A program made the position numbers and the translations under genes. Shown here one piece after another: positions 56,011 to 64,000 of a DNA stretch of 64,000 bases. The stretch's first letter is position 1, and every line of letters starts with the position of its first letter. The DNA is taken from contig CAYOJH010000006.1 of NCBI GenBank assembly GCA_964404275.1, positions 1,525-65,524 of the forward strand. Direction: 5' to 3'. This DNA comes from an uncultured Gammaproteobacteria bacterium. Lineage in GTDB: Bacteria > Patescibacteriota > Patescibacteriia > SG8-24 > DYFX01. The notes below the pieces were generated by a model. The model saw only the letters and a program-made list of their open reading frames with translations, searched no databases and was not told the DNA's origin.

Positions 56011-57717
56011 TTATTCCGCCGCGGCCAGGACTTCTTCGACCGTCGTCAGGCCGTCGACGGCTTTGAGCAAGCCGTCCTGCGCCATCGTGATCATACCTTG
56101 CTTGACCGCGATCGCCTGCATGTCGTACTCGGAGACGCTGCCGGACAGGATGACCTTCTCGATCTCCGGGCTCATGGTGAAAATTTCGTAGATGCCGACA
56201 CGGCCTTTGTAACCGGAGTTGCCGCACTCCGCGCAGCCTTTGCCTTTCCAGAATTTCAGATGCGTCAGGTCCGGCTTATCGCCGTCAGCCATCGCGCCGA
56301 GAATCTCTTTCACCTTCTTGGCTTGGTCCGCGTCGGGCGCGGCCTCCGCCTTGCATTTCTCATGGATGCGGCGGACCAGGCGCTGGCCGATCACGGCGTT
56401 CAAGGCAGGCGCGAGCAGGAACGGCTTCACGCCCATCGACAGGAAACGGGGGATGGCGCCGGCCGCGCTGTTGGTATGGATCGTCGAGACCATCAAGTGG
56501 CCGGTCAGCGAGGCTTGAATGGCGGTTTCGGCCGTTTCGAGGTCGCGGATTTCGCCGACCATGATGACGTCGGGGTCCTGGCGCAACACCGCGCGGAGTC
56601 CCTTGGCGAAGGTGTAATCCTTCGAGAGATCGATCGGCGATTGGTTGATGCCCTCGAGCGCGTATTCGACTGGATCTTCGAGCGTGATGATCTTGGTGTC
56701 CGAGGTGTTGAGCTTTTTCAAAATGGCGTAGAGCGTGGTCGTCTTACCGGAGCCGGTCGGACCGGTCGTGATGATCATGCCGTTGGGCCGTTCGATCTCG
56801 CGCTTGAGCTGCTCGAAGGCCTTGCCGCGGATGCCGAGCTGATCGAAACCGAGGCTGATCGTCGCGGGGCGGAGCAAGCGCATGACGACCGATTCGCCGT
56901 ACGAGGTTGGCACGGTCGAGACGCGGACTTCGGTCTTCTGCCCGCCGATATGGATGGTGAAGCGGCCGTCCTGGGGGATGTTGTTGATGTTGATCTTCAA
57001 GCTCGAGAACAGCTTGATGCGCGAAATGATGCGCGGCCAGAGCGCGTGATCGAGCCGGGCCGCGTCTTGAAGCACGCCGTCGATGCGATAGCGCACGACC
57101 ACGTCTTTTTCCTCGGCTTCGATGTGGATGTCGGAGGCGTCGCCTTTGAGCGCGCCGGCGATCATGATCGTGACGGCGTCGGTGATGTCCGCGCCTTTCA
57201 AGAGCGCGTCGATCTCCTTGTACGAACCCATTTTCTCCTGGAACTTCTTGAGTTCCGACTCGGTGATCTCGACGCCTTTGACGATCTTGCGGATTTTCGG
57301 CAGCGCGTCGTAGAGCTTGAGCGCGTGGGCGAAGCTCTGTTCCGAGATGATGTAGACGCCGACATTGGCATGCGCCCGTTCGCCGACCTGGTAGGCAGCT
57401 TCTTTGACGTCCTGGCGGGAAGGGTCGACCGCGCCGACGCGCACTTCGTCGCCGGTCTGCAGGAAGACGACCGCCTTGAGCGCTTCGGCCTGCTCCTGCG
57501 ACAAAAGCGTCAGGGCTTCGGGCGAAATCGGGAAGCCTTTCAAACTGATGTACGCCGCGCCGAGCGCCGCGCCGCGTTTGGCGGTTTCTTTCTCCTTCGC
57601 CTGCAGCTCGAGCTCGCGCATTTTCGTCGCGAACTTGGCCTGGGCGTCGGGAGAGGAAACGCTCGGCAGCTTTGTTTTTTTCAGCAGGTCTTCAATTGAA
57701 GCGTTGGCGTTCGACAT
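56011..57717 (-). CDS. pilB: Type IV pilus assembly ATPase (PilB/GspE family)
   Basis: ASDIHIE, PQDGR, GPTGSGKTTTLY, TLEDPVEY, LRQDPDVIMVGEIRD, CAECG..GYKGR. Confidence 0.9.
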   Translation of the reverse strand: MSNANASIEDLLKKTKLPSVSSPDAQAKFATKMRELELQAKEKETAKRGAALGAAYISLKGFPISPEALTLLSQEQAEALKAVVFLQTGDEVRVGAVDPSRQDVKEAAYQVGERAHANVGVYIISEQSFAHALKLYDALPKIRKIVKGVEITESELKKFQEKMGSYKEIDALLKGADITDAVTIMIAGALKGDASDIHIEAEEKDVVVRYRIDGVLQDAARLDHALWPRIISRIKLFSSLKININNIPQDGRFTIHIGGQKTEVRVSTVPTSYGESVVMRLLRPATISLGFDQLGIRGKAFEQLKREIERPNGMIITTGPTGSGKTTTLYAILKKLNTSDTKIITLEDPVEYALEGINQSPIDLSKDYTFAKGLRAVLRQDPDVIMVGEIRDLETAETAIQASLTGHLMVSTIHTNSAAGAIPRFLSMGVKPFLLAPALNAVIGQRLVRRIHEKCKAEAAPDADQAKKVKEILGAMADGDKPDLTHLKFWKGKGCAECGNSGYKGRVGIYEIFTMSPEIEKVILSGSVSEYDMQAIAVKQGMITMAQDGLLKAVDGLTTVEEVLAAAE

Positions 57718-58740
57718 TTAGCGCAAAAGCCGTTCGAACCAGCGCGCGATCTTGGAGGAGCCTCCGTGCCCGCGCACGTGGAGCTTGTTGAACAGCGTGA
57801 CCCAGACCGCGTACTGATAGGCGGCCAGGAGCGAACCGACGAAAGCGAGGAAGAGCACGCCGAGCACGGCGGCGATGAGCGCGACGACGCCGATCGCCAG
57901 GCTGCTTTGCAGCAGGGAGGCGCCGATCAGGAAGGGGAGCAGCGCGATGGCCGCGGCCGCGGTGACGGCGCCGATGCCGAAGGCGGCCAGCAAGTTGATG
58001 ACGAAGAGCAGGAGCGCGGTTTCGAGGCTGATCAGCCAGTATTTCTTGAAGAGCGCGAAGGCGGATTCGATCGCCGCCATGAACGGCAGGCGCTGCAGGA
58101 CGACGTAGCAGGCGGCGTAGATCGTCACGAAGCCGAGCGCCAGCGTGATCGGCACGAACAAGACGAAGCCGCAGAGGTAGGCGAAGACGTTCAGCAGGCT
58201 GGCCGACGTCAGGTACAGCACGGTCAGCGCCAGCAGGAAATAGAAGAAGGCCATGATCGCCAAGCGCGAGACGATGTTGATCGCGAGCAGCGGGCCGAAC
58301 GTTTCGTTGCCGGCGGCGAAGAGCGAGCCGAAACGCGTCTTGCGTCCGCGCGCCGCGTCGCGCACGCCCGCGATCAAGCCGCCCTGGGCGGACAGCACGA
58401 CCCAGATCGCCACGATCGCGAGCGCGACCGCGGTCAGGCCGACAAGCAGCAGCACGGCGAGGTTGGCGGATCCGAGCGCGTGGATCGCGCCGGCCTCGCG
58501 GCTCCAGCCGGGCAGGAGGCCGAGCGTGAAGAAGCTGCCGAAATCATCCTGGAGGCCCAGGCGCCCGGTACCCTGGACGAGCAGTTCATAGACGCCGCCG
58601 TTCCCGAGGAACGAGACGAAAAAGCCCAAGAGCCACAGCGCCTTGTTGCGCCGCACGAGTCCCCAGGCTTCCGCCAGGATGTGGCGATAAAACGTTCCGG
58701 ACGGTTTCTTGGCGACCCTTCCTCCAAAGAAGTCAAACAT
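57718..58740 (-). CDS. Polytopic membrane protein
   Basis: Multiple hydrophobic segments; abuts pilB start. Confidence 0.8.
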   Translation of the reverse strand: MFDFFGGRVAKKPSGTFYRHILAEAWGLVRRNKALWLLGFFVSFLGNGGVYELLVQGTGRLGLQDDFGSFFTLGLLPGWSREAGAIHALGSANLAVLLLVGLTAVALAIVAIWVVLSAQGGLIAGVRDAARGRKTRFGSLFAAGNETFGPLLAINIVSRLAIMAFFYFLLALTVLYLTSASLLNVFAYLCGFVLFVPITLALGFVTIYAACYVVLQRLPFMAAIESAFALFKKYWLISLETALLLFVINLLAAFGIGAVTAAAAIALLPFLIGASLLQSSLAIGVVALIAAVLGVLFLAFVGSLLAAYQYAVWVTLFNKLHVRGHGGSSKIARWFERLLR

Positions 58741-58769
58741 AGTGCCTCAAGTATAACAGAAAAGAAGCC

Positions 58770-59294
58770 TTACGGCTTCTTGAGATGGATCATCGCCATG
58801 TGGATGGCCTGCTTGGTGTAGGCCTTGCGATCCACGCGGCCTTCGGTCAGGAGCCCGATCGCGCCGGCCGTGTTGCCGATCTTGGGATCGTCGGTGCGGC
58901 CGGATTTGTAGAAGGCGTCGTTCATGGTCAGGCCTTCTTCGAGCATCATCTTGGTGATCTCCGGCGGGCATTCCCAGGCCGATGAAATTCCCGTCACGTG
59001 CCGCTCGCCGTTCCAGATCGCGCAGACGCAGACGTCCATGTGGCCGGTTTCGGTATGCGGCACCTGCATCAGCCCCGACTCGAGGCCGAAGCCGACGCCG
59101 CCCTCCTGCCAAGCGTGCTTGGCGCGGTTGATCGCGCCGCGCATCGTCTCCTCCAGCGATTTCGGCTGCTCGGAAACGCCCGACGTCGCTTCGAAGCCGA
59201 CGACTTCGCAGTCCGCGAAGGCGGGATAGTCCGCCAGCGCCTCGCGCACGGCTTCGACTTTGGCGGGATTCAGCGAACCGACGTAGATCTTCAT
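58770..59294 (-). CDS. yjjX: Inosine/xanthosine triphosphatase
   Basis: VGSLNPAKV, SGVSEQP, GAINRA, GLESG, GAIGLLT.G.VDR. Confidence 0.92.
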   Translation of the reverse strand: MKIYVGSLNPAKVEAVREALADYPAFADCEVVGFEATSGVSEQPKSLEETMRGAINRAKHAWQEGGVGFGLESGLMQVPHTETGHMDVCVCAIWNGERHVTGISSAWECPPEITKMMLEEGLTMNDAFYKSGRTDDPKIGNTAGAIGLLTEGRVDRKAYTKQAIHMAMIHLKKP

Positions 59295-59329
59295 GCGGGC
59301 ATCTTAACGGAACGTTTCCGAAACGCAAG

Positions 59330-59679
59330 CCGACCCCTCGCGGAGTCGGTTTTTCTTATTGACATGTTAAAACGACTTTTGCTAGGACCGTGCTATCATT
59401 CTTGTACGCATTTCTTATGGAAGACGAACCGAAATTGAGCGAAGTGCTCGAGGCCGTAAAGGACGGTTTTGGCTTGATGGACGAAAAATTCGAGAAGATC
59501 GACGGGCGTTTTGACGCCGTCGATACGCGTTTCGATCGGTTGGAAAGACGGATGGACCGCCAAGAAGGCAAGATCACCATTCTCGTGAACGTCCTACAGG
59601 AAAAACGTATTATCACCGAAGACGACAAAAAGAACATCCACGCCTGAATCGAAAGAACCGACCCCTCGCGGAGTCGGTT
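59330..59679. repeat. 22-bp direct repeat (hairpin) flanking a small gene
   Basis: ccgacccctcgcggagtcggtt at 59330-59351 and 59658-59679. Confidence 0.85.
59417..59647 (+). CDS. Small heptad-repeat coiled-coil protein
   Basis: FEKIDGR-FDAVDTR-FDRLERR-MDRQEGK; TTGACA promoter-like element upstream. Confidence 0.75.
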   Translation: MEDEPKLSEVLEAVKDGFGLMDEKFEKIDGRFDAVDTRFDRLERRMDRQEGKITILVNVLQEKRIITEDDKKNIHA

Positions 59680-59687
59680 CTTTTCTT

Positions 59688-61497
<1,810 letters not shown>

Positions 61498-61505
<8 letters not shown>

Positions 61506-62625
61506 TGGCTTTGGGAGCCTCGGCTTCACCGGCGCCACTCTCTTCCAAGGCCTTCAGCGAGAGGCCCAGGCGGTGCTGTTCCGGCTCGATCGAGACGATT
61601 TTGAAGGTCATCGTGTCGCCGACCTTGCCGAGGTCCGCCACGTTTTTGACCGGTTTTTTGGAGAGTTCGGAGATGTGCGCGAGGCCGTGGATGTCCTTGT
61701 CCAGCTCGACGAAGAAGCCGAAAGGGTTGATCTTCAGGACCTTTCCTTCGACGCTGTCGCCGATCTTATATTTCTCGGTGACGGTCTTCCACGGGTCCTG
61801 GATCAGCTTCTTCATGGACAGGAAGATCTTGGAGCCCTCGATGCCGATGACTTCGGCTTTGACGACGTCGCCGACTTTCACCAGGTCGCGCGGGTGGTCG
61901 ATGCGCTGCCAGGCGATTTCGGAGATGTGGACCAAGCCTTCAAGATTGTCGAACTTCACGAAGACGCCGAAGTCCGCGATGGCGGTGATGGCGCCTTCGA
62001 CGACGTCGCCGAGCTTGTACTTGTCGAGCACGCCTTTCTGGGCTTCTTCCCAGACGGCCTTTTCAGAGACGATCAGCTTCTCTTCGCGCTCGTTCACGTC
62101 GATGACTTTGACTTTCATCGAAGTGCCGACGAAGGACTTGAGCTTCTCGAGGATCTTGATCTTGTCGCCGCCGGAGACGCGCGGGTAGTTGTCGGGCGAG
62201 AGCTGCGAGACCGGCAGGAAGCCGTTCACGTGGTTCACGCGCGCGAGCAAGCCGCCCTTGTTGGCTTCGATGATCTTGGCGTCGATCAGCTCGCCGGTTT
62301 CCATCAGCTTGCGGAGCGTTTCCCAAGCCTTCTGCTGGCCGGCGTAGCGGAACGACAATTCGACCTCGCCGAGTTCGTTCTCGAGGTCGATGACGGTCGC
62401 TTCGACGTCCTGGCCGACGGACAAGCCGGAATATTCGACGGCTTCGGCGAAGAGTTCGCGTCCGCGGACGACGCCGGTCTTATAGCCTTCGATGTCGATG
62501 CGGATCTCGTTCTTTGAAAGCGAAATGATGACGCCCTTCACGACGTCCCCGACCTTGGGGATCTTCAGCCATTCCTTGTCGGCGAGGAGGGTTTTCAGGT
62601 CGACGGTAGCGGTTTTTTCTGCCAT
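61498..62625 (-). CDS. rpsA: 30S ribosomal protein S1 (short, 4 S1 domains)
   Basis: Repeated S1 motifs (NKGGL, GFLPVSQL, FGVFV...EGLVHISE, FGFFV...GLAHISE). Confidence 0.9.
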
Positions 62626-62795
62626 AGGATTTAAGAATTAATAAAGTCGCGGGCCTTTTAAGAGTTAGGATGAGGCCGCCCGCCGGCCTCTTTTAGACGC
62701 GCCAAGTATAGGGGAAAGGGGGCGAGTTGACAAGGCCCCCGCTTTAGGCTAAAACGCGAGGTCCCGCTGCCACCTCATTTTCAGAGGAGAAACGC

Positions 62796-63176
62796 ATGGG
62801 AAAGCTCCTTCTATGCCTGATGACCCTGGTTCTGTTGGCTCACGCCTGGCGCAACCGCCGCGCACGTCGCCGGAAAGAAGCGAAGCTGGCCCTGCTCGAT
62901 CGCATCGCCCGCGAGCCGGGACGCGAACTGCGCGTCTACGCCGATCGGACGATGCTTATCCCGCTCGACCGCATGCCGTTCAAGCGGCAGTGGGACTTCG
63001 CGCGTGAACTGCGTCTCGAAGGCTTGATCGACATCACGCGTCTCGCGCCGCAAGAATGCTATCGCCCCGTGGATCGGTTGATGTCGATTCTCGAGCTCAC
63101 GGGAAAAGGCCGCCAAGAGCTTCATCGCCTGACCGGTCCGCCGATCATGCGGCAAACGAAAGTGGTCCGTCGATGA
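62796..63176 (+). CDS. Hypothetical protein with N-terminal TM
   Basis: GAGGAG RBS; first of three coupled ORFs. Confidence 0.6.
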   Translation: MGKLLLCLMTLVLLAHAWRNRRARRRKEAKLALLDRIAREPGRELRVYADRTMLIPLDRMPFKRQWDFARELRLEGLIDITRLAPQECYRPVDRLMSILELTGKGRQELHRLTGPPIMRQTKVVRR

Positions 63177-63727
63177 TCGAGATCCGTACCGTCACCACGG
63201 CGCCCGAATGGGGATTGGCCGAAGGCACGCCGACGCGCTGCGCGATCGGAGACGCGCTGCTCGCCTTCATGAAGGAAGCGAAAGGCCGCGTCCGCGTGTC
63301 GGAAGTGCTGGAGGACGCGCTCGTGCTCAGCCAGAATCTGGCCGACACCCGCGTCTTCATCCGATATGAAGGAGCGGACGCGCATCTCCATCCGCTGCTC
63401 GTGGCGCTGTGGTACTACACGCGCCACCCGCACCGCCGGGGATTGCTCGAGCGCGACGATGACCAGCGGCTCCTGGCCTGCTGCCGGCGCTTCCGAAACG
63501 ACATCAGCCAGGAAGCCGCCTTCTATCCGGGCAGCGGAGAGCTGGACGCGCATTGGCGCTACACCCTGCTCTTCACCGCCCGCGTTCGGGACAACGCCCA
63601 CATCCGCCGCGCGCTCAGGCTTCCCGAGCTCACGTTCGAGGCCTTGATCGACCTGGCCGTCGGAAAGGCCGGACGGTCCGTGCCCTTTTCCGAACTGCTC
63701 TGCATCGCCGAGACGTCCACCTCATGA
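63173..63727 (+). CDS. Hypothetical protein
   Basis: ATGA overlaps at both ends. Confidence 0.6.
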   Translation: MIEIRTVTTAPEWGLAEGTPTRCAIGDALLAFMKEAKGRVRVSEVLEDALVLSQNLADTRVFIRYEGADAHLHPLLVALWYYTRHPHRRGLLERDDDQRLLACCRRFRNDISQEAAFYPGSGELDAHWRYTLLFTARVRDNAHIRRALRLPELTFEALIDLAVGKAGRSVPFSELLCIAETSTS

Positions 63728-63987
63728 CGTCTCTTTTTCTTCAGCGCCTGGTGCTCGAAGCCTTCGCGGCTAACGGCGCGGGATATTCCGTGCCCTTCGT
63801 CTGGCCGCCCGAGATCACGCATCTGCCGATCAAGAAGCGCTGGAAGATCGTCCAGGCCTTCAAGAAACGGCGCTGGCTCGACAACGACATGATGGTGAGG
63901 ATCACGGCACGCGGCCTCGAAGCCTTGGAACGCCTGCGGAGCCGAACCCTTTCCTCGTTGCCGACCGCCCGTTTGCTCGCACGCTGA
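63724..63987 (+). CDS. Hypothetical protein (possible wHTH)
   Basis: ATGA overlap; RRWL...ITARGLEAL. Confidence 0.55.
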   Translation: MTSLFLQRLVLEAFAANGAGYSVPFVWPPEITHLPIKKRWKIVQAFKKRRWLDNDMMVRITARGLEALERLRSRTLSSLPTARLLAR

Positions 63988-64000
63988 CCCTCCGGGGTCA

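Overview
High-GC bacterial chromosome segment. The gene set (short 4-domain S1, trmD, tsaD/tsaE, pilB, ftsH, PaaX/Cas2-like regulator, a recurrent KIQxDPKVYAV surface domain) suggests Patescibacteria/CPR, probably Uhrbacteria-like; this is inference. Main blocks: housekeeping and envelope genes (1-20.7 kb, 52.9-62.6 kb); a polysaccharide synthesis cluster facing a large secreted lyase-like protein (20.7-32.9 kb); a class F sortase locus with paralogous variable-head LPxTG surface proteins and a substrate-sortase fusion, whose two transcription units share a covarying structured 5' leader (33.9-43.7 kb); and a visibly lower-GC 7.56 kb island integrated in the 3' end of tRNA-Glu(TTC) (43749-51311). 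The island's att core lies inside the 3' end of its large serine recombinase. Excision would swap the tRNA-derived tail PRGVEPLFTP for a 30-aa tail ending in AAAA, a candidate integration-state switch. The island carries a DUF2779-like nuclease and a SNF2 helicase with 17 x 15-aa repeats, a candidate defence pair. No CRISPR array or rRNA was seen. All family calls come from motif recognition by eye; no database search was run.
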